From: an uncultured Chloroflexia bacterium
Lineage (GTDB): Bacteria > Chloroflexota > Limnocylindria > Limnocylindrales > CSP1-4
Assembly (NCBI GenBank): GCA_963720315.1
Contig: CAVRFC010000002.1
Location: forward strand, 97,990-161,989
Reading direction: 5' to 3'
Length of the DNA: 64,000 nucleotides
Below are positions 1-8,511 of this stretch, one piece after another. The notes beneath the pieces were generated by a model. That model did not search any database, had not been told where the DNA came from, and saw only the letters and a program-made list of their open reading frames with translations. Numbering within the stretch: the first letter of the stretch is position 1; the number at the start of each line of letters is the position of its first letter. The position numbers were made by a program, and so were the translations under genes.

Positions 1-548
1 CCGGCCCGGCCGGTATCTGCGCGCTTGCCGCCTCCGAGAAGGCAGACGCCATCCTCCTGCGACAGTATCGCGGACTCGTCGGTTTGTACGACCGGTCGTT
101 CGCCTCCCCGTACCGTCTGGATCCAGCGGACCGGGCCGACGCCCCCATCGTCCGCGAGGTCGAACCCGGCGTCTCGTACGTGGACGTCAATGTGCGGGAC
201 GGCCTCCGGCTCCAGCCGGGAACCTCGCTCACGATCCCGTGGGCTGCTGCGGACGTGTCGCGACTCGGCCTCCTGGTCGCAGCCGATGCTTTCCCCGGCC
301 GCGACATCATTTCGGTCAAGACGCCGACAGCGGAGGCAAGGATCGCGGGTCGCCCCAAGGAGGGGCTCGGCTGGGAGTACGTGGACATCTCGGGGGTCGA
401 GGGTGGCGTAACGATCACGGCGCTCGAGGAGGTGGATGTCTTCGAGCTCACCGGCTTCGCACCGTGGACGGGTTCCCGCCTGGCCGGGGGCGATGGGCCG
501 TTCGTGGTTCGCACCGGAGCACTCTGCGGGCCTCGCGTCGCGCCGTGA
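1..548 (+). CDS. 3' end of a gene that starts upstream of the window; hypothetical protein.
   Basis: Open frame (frame 3) runs from position 3 to TGA at 546-548 (...GPAGICALAASEKADAILLRQYRGLVGLYDRSFASPYRLDP...GALCGPRVAP*). Its stop overlaps the GTG start of the next gene (GTGA). No recognisable domain. Confidence 0.4.
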   Translation, partial: GPAGICALAASEKADAILLRQYRGLVGLYDRSFASPYRLDPADRADAPIVREVEPGVSYVDVNVRDGLRLQPGTSLTIPWAAADVSRLGLLVAADAFPGRDIISVKTPTAEARIAGRPKEGLGWEYVDISGVEGGVTITALEEVDVFELTGFAPWTGSRLAGGDGPFVVRTGALCGPRVAP

Positions 549-2644
549 TCGAGGCGGTCCAGACGGTAGCCGTCCTCGTCGCCTTCTTCGTCGTACCCGG
601 GATCACGTGGGGACCGCTCATCGCCCCAGGGACGCCGCCGGGCCTGAGCCGGATCGGGCGAACTGTCGGCTGCAGCCTCGTCGTCACGGCGGTCGCGATG
701 ACCGCGCTGGCGATCGTCGGTGTGCTCCGGCCGGTGGCCGTCGTGCCGACCCTCGCGGTTCTGTCGCTGGCCCCGCTCGCCGTCCCATCGGCTCGTCGGG
801 AAGTTGCCGGGCTGAGGCTCCCGGTCCGCCGTCCCGTCGGCTGGGCGTTGGCCATCGCCGGGCTCGGGCTGGCTGCCACATTCATCGTCCTGCCGTCCCA
901 CGCGAAACTCGACGCCGCACCGTTGCCGGCGTCCACGACGGTCTGGTATTACGCGCATCTCGCCGAGCAGGTAGCCGCGACCGGCGGATTCCCGGCCGAC
1001 TTTCCGGAATGGGGCTCGAACCGGCCCTTCCAGACCGACTACGCGCCCTTCACCGCCCATTCGGCCGCCGTCTTCGCCCTCCTGCCGGCCGACCTTCCTG
1101 CCGCGCTCGAGAGCTACCGGCTGGCGATCCTCGCGGTTGGGTTCTGCCTGGGAGTTCTGCTCCTTCGCCGCTGGTTCTCCACCTGGCTCGCGGTGCTCGG
1201 GACGGTCCTGCTACTCGGGACCGTTCGGCTGGACCAGCGCCTCCTGACCTACCGGCCGGAGGCCTTCGCCTTCGTCCTGGCACTGCTGGCACTGTGGTTC
1301 GTCGACCGCGCCGCGGTCGAGCGGACGCCGCGGATGATCGTGGCGGCCTCGGTGACGCTCGGCGTCGTGTTCGCGGCTCACGCCGAGGTATTCCTTGTGG
1401 TGCTCCCCGCCGCGGCGGGAATCGCCCTCGTCCGAGGTCCGCTTCGCCCGTCGAATGGTCGGGCCGGGTTCCGGTTTGTCGCAGGTCGGCGGGGCCTTGC
1501 CGGCCCCGCGACCGTCCTGGTCGTGGCCGTGCTGGCCGCGGTCCTCGGCTCGCTTGGCAACGCGGCCGTCGCGGGCGAGTTCCGCCTCGCCGGATACGCG
1601 GGCCGGTCGTTGACGGCGGTGGACGTTCCTCCGCCACCGCAACGGCGCATTCCGCCCGGCTGGGCGCTGTCGGGCGATCCAACGTGGGACTTCTTCGTCG
1701 CGGCAACGGAACCCGCCGACCGTGTGCTACCGACCGAATTCACGGATCCTCGACTGCTGCCCCGCTCCACGCTCCATATCTGGCCGCTTCTCGATGGGAC
1801 AACGACGCTCGGGCGGGTCGCGCTTGTCGGGCTCCTGCTCGTACCGATCGTCCTCTGGCCGAGGCTCGACGCGCGGCGCCGACGAGCAATCGCTGTCTGG
1901 CTGACATTCGGGGTCGGGCTGTTTGCAGGGACGTTCCTCATCTACGCGATTTCGGATTCCTACGTGCCGCAACGCGTCGGAGGGCGGCGCCTCCTGCCGT
2001 ATGAGCTGGTCGGGCCCGTCATCGCCGCCACCGCCGGCCTGTGGGCCGCCGATCGGTGGCTCCGGCCCGCCTGGGCCCGGTTGGCGCCCATGTGGGCGCG
2101 GCTGCTCCGGGCCGTGCTCGGGATGGTCGTCGTCGTCTTCGTGATCTCGGCGCCGGCCGGCGGCGGCGACGATGAGGAGCCGGGTCTGACCCGACTCGGC
2201 TATCAGGCCTTCGAATGGATGCGCTCGAACCTGCCACCCGGTTCGCGGATCCTCGCCAACGCCTACACCGACGGGAGCCTGACCCTCCTGTCGGGCGACG
2301 TCGGGATCCTGGACGGTCGCGCCGTCTACCTCGAGGATCCGGAATTCCTCGGCGAAACGACCTCGCTGCTGCTCGGCGCGCGGCGGTTCTTCATGGATCC
2401 TGGCGATCGACGTGGAGCAGCGTTCCTCGCGGACGAGAACGTCGAGTATCTGCTCGTGGTCGGGCCGCGGGGCACGAGCAGCGACCTAGCCGGCTATCGC
2501 CCATTCCCGACGGACATCGACGCCCTCACCGGAGACAGTCGCTACACTCTTATTCAGCGGTTCGGGAATCAACGCCTGATGCTATTCCGGGTCGAGTCGT
2601 CGGGCGTCGGGGCCAGCCACTTGACGAGACCCGTGCCGCTCTAG
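545..2644 (+). CDS. Polytopic integral membrane protein with a C-terminal extracytoplasmic domain of about 250 aa; putative GT-C-fold glycosyltransferase or polysaccharide-assembly protein.
   Basis: ORF 239..2644. Hydrophobic helices begin around 545 (VIEAVQTVAVLVAFFVVPGITWG...), where a GTG start overlaps the upstream stop (GTGA at 545-548). More than 12 predicted TM helices, then a soluble C-domain (GDDEEPGLTRLGYQAFEWMR...YLLVVGPRG...). The stop is 8 nt before the next gene and is followed by a GAGG SD. Fold assignment rests on topology and genomic context only. Confidence 0.55.
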   Translation: MIEAVQTVAVLVAFFVVPGITWGPLIAPGTPPGLSRIGRTVGCSLVVTAVAMTALAIVGVLRPVAVVPTLAVLSLAPLAVPSARREVAGLRLPVRRPVGWALAIAGLGLAATFIVLPSHAKLDAAPLPASTTVWYYAHLAEQVAATGGFPADFPEWGSNRPFQTDYAPFTAHSAAVFALLPADLPAALESYRLAILAVGFCLGVLLLRRWFSTWLAVLGTVLLLGTVRLDQRLLTYRPEAFAFVLALLALWFVDRAAVERTPRMIVAASVTLGVVFAAHAEVFLVVLPAAAGIALVRGPLRPSNGRAGFRFVAGRRGLAGPATVLVVAVLAAVLGSLGNAAVAGEFRLAGYAGRSLTAVDVPPPPQRRIPPGWALSGDPTWDFFVAATEPADRVLPTEFTDPRLLPRSTLHIWPLLDGTTTLGRVALVGLLLVPIVLWPRLDARRRRAIAVWLTFGVGLFAGTFLIYAISDSYVPQRVGGRRLLPYELVGPVIAATAGLWAADRWLRPAWARLAPMWARLLRAVLGMVVVVFVISAPAGGGDDEEPGLTRLGYQAFEWMRSNLPPGSRILANAYTDGSLTLLSGDVGILDGRAVYLEDPEFLGETTSLLLGARRFFMDPGDRRGAAFLADENVEYLLVVGPRGTSSDLAGYRPFPTDIDALTGDSRYTLIQRFGNQRLMLFRVESSGVGASHLTRPVPL

Positions 2645-2652
2645 AGGTTTGC

Positions 2653-3705
2653 GTGCCCAGCATCCTGCGGCTCATCGGAGTGCTCGTCGCGGTCGCGGTC
2701 GTGGTGATTGTGATCGCATTGGCGCGACGGGACGCGAGCCGGGCGATCGTCCTGCCACTCCTCCTGATCGGCGTCGGCCTGCTGGCTATCTCGATAGCGC
2801 CGGACCTGGTCAGACCGGTTCAGGATTTCATCGGCTTGGGAGACCAGCCGGTCGGACGGATCATCACGGTGCTCGTCCTGTCGGTGATGCTCGCCTACCT
2901 CTTGATTTTTCTCGTCTTTGCCAAGGCCGAACGCCAGACCCAGAGGATGCGGCGGCTGATCCGGGCACTATCGGCTGCCCAGATGGAGCAGGAGCAGCTT
3001 GGTGGCCATTCCGGCGGCATTCTCGTCGTGATCCCGGCCTACAACGAAGCGGAGGCGCTGCCGAGTGTGCTCGCCGAGGTGCCGCCGACGGTGGCCGGAC
3101 GGGCGACGCGCATCCTCGTTGTCGACGACGCCTCCCGCGATGGCACCCGTCGCGTGGCGATGCAGCACGGCGCCCACGTTGTAACCCACCCGGTCAACGG
3201 CGGTCAGGGATCCGCCCTCCAGACCGGCTATCTCATCGCGGAGCGGCTCGGTGTCGAGGTTGTCGTGACGCTCGACGCGGATGGCCAGCATGTCCCGACG
3301 GAGATGGAGCGCCTCGTCGGCCCGATCGTTGCCGACGAGGCCGATTTCGTAGTGGGCTCGAGGCGATCTGGGTCGTACGAGCGCGAGGAAGGCGCCGACT
3401 CAATGGCCCGGAACGTTGGGATCGGCGTCTTTACCCGCATCATCAATGTGCTCGGCGGGACGCACGTCACCGACGTCGCGAACGGCTACCGGGCGATTCG
3501 GGCGGACCGCCTGGCCGAGATCGTCTTTACCGAGGACCAATTCCATAACCCTGAGCTGCTGCTCGGCGCGGCGCGGGCCGGCCTCCGGATCCGCGAGGTT
3601 CCGGTCACGATCCGCGTCAGGTCGGCCGGAACGTCGAAGAAGGGCGGCACGCTCCGCTACGGCTATGGCTTCCTTCGGGTGATCGTCCGCTCCTGGCTGC
3701 GCTGA
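2653..3705 (+). CDS. GT2 glycosyltransferase, polyprenyl-phosphate sugar synthase-like (DPM1/Ppm1/GtrB-like), with N-terminal TM segments.
   Basis: GTG at 2653 preceded by GAGG. Three N-terminal hydrophobic helices, then GT2 motifs: LVVIPAYNEAEALPSVL, ILVVDDASRDGT, TLDADGQH (DxD), VVGSR. C-terminus (...GTLRYGYGFLRVIVRSWLR*) is typical of Dol-P-Man-synthase-like enzymes. Confidence 0.8.
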   Translation: MPSILRLIGVLVAVAVVVIVIALARRDASRAIVLPLLLIGVGLLAISIAPDLVRPVQDFIGLGDQPVGRIITVLVLSVMLAYLLIFLVFAKAERQTQRMRRLIRALSAAQMEQEQLGGHSGGILVVIPAYNEAEALPSVLAEVPPTVAGRATRILVVDDASRDGTRRVAMQHGAHVVTHPVNGGQGSALQTGYLIAERLGVEVVVTLDADGQHVPTEMERLVGPIVADEADFVVGSRRSGSYEREEGADSMARNVGIGVFTRIINVLGGTHVTDVANGYRAIRADRLAEIVFTEDQFHNPELLLGAARAGLRIREVPVTIRVRSAGTSKKGGTLRYGYGFLRVIVRSWLR

Positions 3706-4962
3706 GCGCTCATCACCGGGCTCGCGGTACGGCTTGGATGGAACGACCTCCAACGTCTCGCGTTGCCACGCCTCGATCCGGCGACCAAGCAGGAGGTTGA
3801 GCCAGCCGTTCAGGAAGGCGAGGTTCACGATCACGATCGCCAGCGGCAGGCTCCCCAAGCGTGGTGGGTGACCTCCGGCGCGAAGGGCCCAGCCGACAGC
3901 GGCGAGGGCGAGGACGATGAGCCCGGCACCTACGGGCAGCAGATAGGCCGGCTGGCCGCCAAGGCCCAGAACCAGTGCGCTTGCTCCCGCGATCGCCGCC
4001 AGGATCGGCGTCCCCCAGCGGAGGATCTTGTGGGACCAGATCGCGAGGAATGCCGATGGGCGGCGCCACGGGGTCAGGCGCCCGACCATGGACAGGTTCG
4101 CGCGAATGCCCTGCGTTGCCATTCGCGCCCGACTTCGGAACTGCTCGCGCAGTTCGCCCATCGTCCGGTCCGTCGCCGTCGCATCCGGAACGGCCAGCAC
4201 GACTAGCCCTTGCTCGCGAGCTACGAGCGGGAGCTGCTGATCCATCGAGACATGCGGCGGAACCTCGCGGTACGCCGACCGGCGAATGGCAAGGATTGCG
4301 CCCGTGACGGCCGTCAGCCAGCCAGCCCGACTCTCAGCCGCGCGGACGAACTGTTCATACCGCCAGTAGGCTCCCTCGTTTCGGGCGGTTTCGGTCCGTT
4401 CCTCGTCGAGCCAGACGATCCGGCCGGTCGTGGCGCCCACCCGTCGATCCTCGAACGGGGCGAGGAGTGCCGCGAGAGAGCCTGGCCGAAACCTGGTCTC
4501 GGCGTCAGTGAGGACGACGATCTCGCCGCGGCTCGCTGCGAAGATGGCGGCCTGAGCCGCCGCCTGGCCACCGCGCGGCAGGTCGAGCAACCGGATCCTC
4601 GTGTCCTGCCGGGCGGCCGCCATCGCGACCTGTGCTGTCTCGTCTGTCGAACCGTCGGAAGCGATGATCACGTCCAGTTCGAACGGGACCTCCTGCGCGA
4701 GGACGTCCGCGATCCGATCACCAAGCTGGGTGGCCTCGTTATGGATGGCGATCCCGATCGTGACGATCGCGGGTCGGGAATCACCGGGCCGAACCCGGAA
4801 CGGCCTGACGGCGGCGACGAGCCATGCGGTCGCCGGGTAGCCGACGTAGACCCACACGAGCAGGCCCGTCGCGACCCAGAAGATCAGGGAGACCACGGCC
4901 CAAGAGTAGACCCCGAATGAGGCGAGTGTCAGCGCGGTGCCCAGGGCAGGTCCGGAAACCAT
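3400..4962 (-). CDS. GT2 glycosyltransferase flanked by TM helices (processive/cellulose-synthase-like topology). 3' end uncertain.
   Basis: ATG at complement(4960..4962): MVSGPALGTALTLASFGVYSWAVVSLIFWV... GT2 core: IVTIGIAIHNEATQLG, IIASDGSTDET, VVLTDAETRF, QxxRW-like QFRSRARMATQGIR. At least four C-terminal TM helices follow. The frame stays open to 3400, which is 300 nt antisense into the convergent GT2 gene. A tandem TGATGA at complement(3710..3715) in the adjacent frame hints at an indel near the true 3' end. Confidence 0.65.
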   Translation of the reverse strand: MVSGPALGTALTLASFGVYSWAVVSLIFWVATGLLVWVYVGYPATAWLVAAVRPFRVRPGDSRPAIVTIGIAIHNEATQLGDRIADVLAQEVPFELDVIIASDGSTDETAQVAMAAARQDTRIRLLDLPRGGQAAAQAAIFAASRGEIVVLTDAETRFRPGSLAALLAPFEDRRVGATTGRIVWLDEERTETARNEGAYWRYEQFVRAAESRAGWLTAVTGAILAIRRSAYREVPPHVSMDQQLPLVAREQGLVVLAVPDATATDRTMGELREQFRSRARMATQGIRANLSMVGRLTPWRRPSAFLAIWSHKILRWGTPILAAIAGASALVLGLGGQPAYLLPVGAGLIVLALAAVGWALRAGGHPPRLGSLPLAIVIVNLAFLNGWLNLLLGRRIEAWQRETLEVVPSKPYREPGDERSAQPGADDHPKEAIAVAERAALLRRSGRPDADRDRNLADPEAGPRRAEQQLRVMELVLGKDDLGQAVRPNRPVAVRDVGDVRPAEHIDDAGKDADPNVPGH

Positions 4963-6108
4963 CCCCGGAGCCGATCGACCAGCCGAGCCGCTTCCGCAGA
5001 TCGCGTGTGGCGCTTGGCGAAGGCCGTTCCCGACGCGCGGAGTGCGAGCGGGTCGATCCGCCCATCGAAGGGCCGCTGGACGGCGTCGGCCAGCTCGGAC
5101 GGGGCCTTCGTGTGGATCGGCACGAACAGGCCCGCACCGGCGAGCTCGGCGAGCGTGCCAACCGGCCGTGCGACGACCGGCAGGCCCACGGCCATCGCGT
5201 CGAGCACGACCTTCGGGAAATCCTTCGGAGCCGGAGGAGAGTACGAACAGGTCCGATTCGGCGAGAAGGTCCATGTAGCGGCCGCGGTCGGCGACATGAC
5301 CATGCCACGTGATGCGCGATCCGACGCCAAGCCGTTTTGCGGACGAGATCATCGCCGGCATCTCGGGACCCTCGCCGAGGACCGAGAGGCTGGCCGTGGG
5401 AAGGCGAAGTAGCGCGGCTATGACGAGATCGAGGCCCTTTCCGGGGGCGATCCGGCCGGCCCAAACGAGTTCAATGCGTTCAGCCGACACGGGCCATTGA
5501 CGGGCGGCCGGGTCCCGGATTTCGCGATCCTCGATGAGGCTCGAGACGATTCCGCCTCCGGAGAGGATGTCACGACCGACAACGATCCGATGTCGGCCGC
5601 CCGCCAACCGGCCAATGCCGTCGTACGCGGCGCCGATCGCGACGGCGGCCGTTCGATTCGCCGGGGCTCGACGCTGGCTGGCCGCAACCAATCTGGCACT
5701 CCCCGTGACATAGCCGAAGCGCGGCAGGCGGGCGGTACGGGCGAGCCAGGCGGCCAGGGCGGCATTCGACGATGGAACCCGGATCCAGACGAGATCCGCA
5801 CCAGTCAGGGCTTCCCGCAGGATCGGGGCGTTCCGGCGGAGGATTGCTGGCAAGGATCGAAGGTATCCGGCGATCCCGTCGAACGGTGTCGTGGCGACGA
5901 TTCGAAGCCGCTCGTCGACGGGCGGCCGCGTCGGCGGACCATGGGCCGGCCGGACGGGCGCGCAGAGGATGATCTCGTCGATCGCACCGCCCGGGACATC
6001 GAGCAGGGCGGCAAGGAAGATGTCGAACGTCGACGAGGCGGGGTGGACCCGGTCATGCCACGCGACGTACGGGTTGTCGTCGAGGACGGCGAGTCGGATG
6101 CCACTCAC
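4929..6108 (-). pseudogene. GT4-family (GT-B) glycosyltransferase, interrupted by a single-nt frameshift. Either a pseudogene or a sequencing indel.
   Basis: GTG at complement(6106..6108) overlaps the flippase stop (GTGA). N-terminal part in one frame: VSGIRLAVLDDNPYVAWHDRVHP...LVWAGRIAPGKGLDLVIAAL...ESDLFVLSSGSEGFP. C-terminal part in another frame: FPKVVLDAMAVGLPVVARPVGTLAELA...GWFPDLPWAPR*. The canonical E-x7-E motif (SEGFPxVVLEAMA) is split between frames at plus-strand ~5214-5222 (ccc run). Confidence 0.7.
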
Positions 6109-7469
6109 GGGGTGCGAACCCGGCGCGCGAGCCGCGCAACGAGGTCCCGCGCGGAAGCAGCTACGGCGGCAATGTCCGACCGCTTGATGAGGAGCGTCTC
6201 GGCCACGCTCAACCCGGCAACCCGCGTGAACACCGCCACGGTCAGGATCGCGGTCAGTGAGTACGAGATCGATGACGCCGCCGCCGCCCCGTTGATCCCG
6301 AATTGGGGCACGAGCGCGATGTTCGCAACGATGTTCGCCACCAGCCCGATTCCCAAGATCAATGAGCCGACGCCAGGTCGGCCGCTTCCTGTGAGATACC
6401 GCGTCAGGATCGCGACCACGCTGTACGCGACGACACCTGGCAGGATCAGCCGGAGAGCGACGCCGGCGTCGACGAACAGGGGTCCGTAGACGACCCGCAC
6501 GAAGCGCGGGCCGAGGGCGAACGCGGGGACCGCCAGGAGCATGGTGGCCGCTAGTGTCGTACGCGTAAGGATCGCAGCCGTTCGGCCGGCATCGGCGAGC
6601 GGGTCGACGGCCCGGCTGAACATCACCTGCCCGACGGCATTGGGGACGTACCACAGGGTCTCTGCCAGGCCACTCGTCACCGAGTAGACGCCCGTTGCCC
6701 GGATCCCGCTGAACAGGTTGACGAAGAACGAGTCGACGCGAAACTGCAGCCGTTCCGCGACGACGCCGGGGGCCGCGTGGAGGCCGAATCGGAATTGCTC
6801 GGCGAACAGCGGAGCAGATGGCCGGCCACCGACCAGGCCGTCCCGATGCGCCACTACCAGGACAGCCACGAGCGTCAGTCCGAGCGATGCAATATTCACT
6901 GCCAGCGCCGCCGCTAGATCCACATGGGCGACGAGGGCGATAGCCGCCAACATCGCCAACAGCGTTCCCCGCCGCGCCAGACGAAGGAAGCTGTACGCCG
7001 CGATCCGCCGCCTGCCGAGCATGGCAAACAGGCCGAACCCGAAGAGCAGCTCGCCCGGGATTGCGACCGCGGCGAAGACGAACTGGCGGTCGGAGAGGTT
7101 CGGGATGAGGTCGGCGAGCGGCCCGGTGGCGGGTCCCGCGTCCGCCACGCCGTACAACCAGAGGGAGACGAGCATCGCGGCGCCGCCGGCCACCGCGGTC
7201 CAAATGAGCGCGTTGGAGAATGCTCGCCGGCCGTCCTCCTTGTCCCTGCCGGCCATGACCGCGAGCGCCTGGTCCATTCCGAGGCCGACGAGGGTGGCGG
7301 CGATCTGTGAATACAGAAGTACGAGGGCAAAGCGGCCCTTCGCCGCCGGGCCCAGGGCTCTGGCCAGAAGGATGTCGGTCGCGAAGATCAGAACCGCCAG
7401 GCCGAACCTCGACGCGATCGTGACGGTCGTGTCCCGAAGGAGCCGCGACGAGCCGACGTGGCGTTTCAC
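6105..7469 (-). CDS. Wzx-type polysaccharide/oligosaccharide flippase (MOP superfamily, PST family).
   Basis: In-frame GTG at complement(7467..7469) (VKRHVGSSRLLRD...), 13 nt after the upstream stop. About 12-14 TM helices throughout, ending with a basic tail (ARRVRTP*). Stop overlaps the GT4 start. Confidence 0.75.
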   Translation of the reverse strand: MKRHVGSSRLLRDTTVTIASRFGLAVLIFATDILLARALGPAAKGRFALVLLYSQIAATLVGLGMDQALAVMAGRDKEDGRRAFSNALIWTAVAGGAAMLVSLWLYGVADAGPATGPLADLIPNLSDRQFVFAAVAIPGELLFGFGLFAMLGRRRIAAYSFLRLARRGTLLAMLAAIALVAHVDLAAALAVNIASLGLTLVAVLVVAHRDGLVGGRPSAPLFAEQFRFGLHAAPGVVAERLQFRVDSFFVNLFSGIRATGVYSVTSGLAETLWYVPNAVGQVMFSRAVDPLADAGRTAAILTRTTLAATMLLAVPAFALGPRFVRVVYGPLFVDAGVALRLILPGVVAYSVVAILTRYLTGSGRPGVGSLILGIGLVANIVANIALVPQFGINGAAAASSISYSLTAILTVAVFTRVAGLSVAETLLIKRSDIAAVAASARDLVARLARRVRTP

Positions 7470-7482
7470 ATCAGGCGGCAGC

Positions 7483-8511
7483 CTAGTCCGAGCCGGACAC
7501 GGCACGCGGCACGATCGCTGCCAGGTTCCGGTCGGCCAGCGCGGACTCGTACCATCGTGCCGTCCGGGCGAGACCCTCCTCGAGGCCGACGGCGGCCCGG
7601 TATCCGAGCCCGGCCGCGGCCTTGTCGACCCGGCTTACGTTCCGCCGGATGTCGCCCGCGCGATCCGGGCCGTGACGAACCTCGAGCGCCCGGCCGGCGG
7701 CTCGCCCGATCGTCTCCGCCAACTGGTTGACCGTGGTCTCACGCCCGGTGCCCGCCTGGAAGATCTCCCCGGCGACGATCCCCGCCGGCGCGTCGAGCGC
7801 CGCCACCACCGCGGCAGCGAGGTCGCCGACGTACACGAAATCACGTGTCTGCTCGCCGTCGCCGTTGATCGTGATCGGTTCGCCGGCGAGGGCGGCCCGC
7901 ATCCAGGCCGCGACCACGCTCTTCTTGTGGAGCGAGAACGGGCCGTAGGCATTCGAGAAGCGCAGGGCGCAGGCGGCCAGCCCGTACGTGGCCGCGTATG
8001 CCTGGCAGTACGCCTCGCCGGCAAGCTTCGAGGCGCCATACGGCGAGACCGGGTGGGGCAGATCCGTCTCGTCCGCCGGCGGCGGGTGGTCTCCCGCGGC
8101 GGCATTCGACGAGGCGAACACGAAGCGGCCGACGCCCGCGAGCCGGGCGGCGTCGAGCAGGCCGAGCGTCTGCGAGACATTCGCCTCGAACGTGCCGAGG
8201 GGGTCGGTGACGGAATCCGGGATCCCGGCACGGGCGGCGAGGTGGACGACGGCATCGACGCCGTCGACGGCGCTCGCGACCGCCGATCGGTCGGCCAGGG
8301 ACCCCTCGATGAGGTCGTGGGGAACGCCCGCCAGGTAGGCGCGATTGCCGATCGACAGGTTGTCGAGGACTCGGACGCGATCCTCTCGCTCGACCAGGAG
8401 CCGGGCCAGGGATGAACCGATGAACCCGGCCCCGCCGGTGATGAGGACCGTCCGGTTCAGCGCCGCTGCGCCCCGCCCGCGGGCACGCTCTCGAGGCTGT
8501 CCGGGACCCAG
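7483..8511 (-). CDS. NAD-dependent epimerase/dehydratase (UDP-sugar 4-epimerase-like SDR). Start codon uncertain.
   Basis: Rossmann motif LITGGAGFIGS, catalytic YxxxK (SPYGASKLAGE), C-terminal GDIRRNVS. There is no in-frame ATG/GTG/TTG between the SQD1 stop (8457-8459) and the GxGxxG motif. Candidate starts are CTG at complement(8509..8511) or far-upstream codons inside SQD1. Confidence 0.7.
   Translation of the reverse strand: MGPGQPRERARGRGAAALNRTVLITGGAGFIGSSLARLLVEREDRVRVLDNLSIGNRAYLAGVPHDLIEGSLADRSAVASAVDGVDAVVHLAARAGIPDSVTDPLGTFEANVSQTLGLLDAARLAGVGRFVFASSNAAAGDHPPPADETDLPHPVSPYGASKLAGEAYCQAYAATYGLAACALRFSNAYGPFSLHKKSVVAAWMRAALAGEPITINGDGEQTRDFVYVGDLAAAVVAALDAPAGIVAGEIFQAGTGRETTVNQLAETIGRAAGRALEVRHGPDRAGDIRRNVSRVDKAAAGLGYRAAVGLEEGLARTARWYESALADRNLAAIVPRAVSGSD

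Noticed and set aside
239-545. N-terminal 100-aa extension of the 801-aa membrane protein ORF
   Set aside because: The extension (MGCCGRVATRPPGRSR...) overlaps the better-supported upstream gene in another frame and is Arg/Gly-rich junk. The GTG at 545 overlapping the upstream stop (GTGA) is the likely start.
3400-7203. 1267-aa minus-strand ORF that looks like a single giant protein
   Set aside because: It is a stop-free concatenation typical of high-GC DNA. Its N-terminal third is an alternative frame of the flippase gene. The rest covers two separate genes (GT4, then GT2), each with its own start. The GT4 C-terminus continues in another frame.
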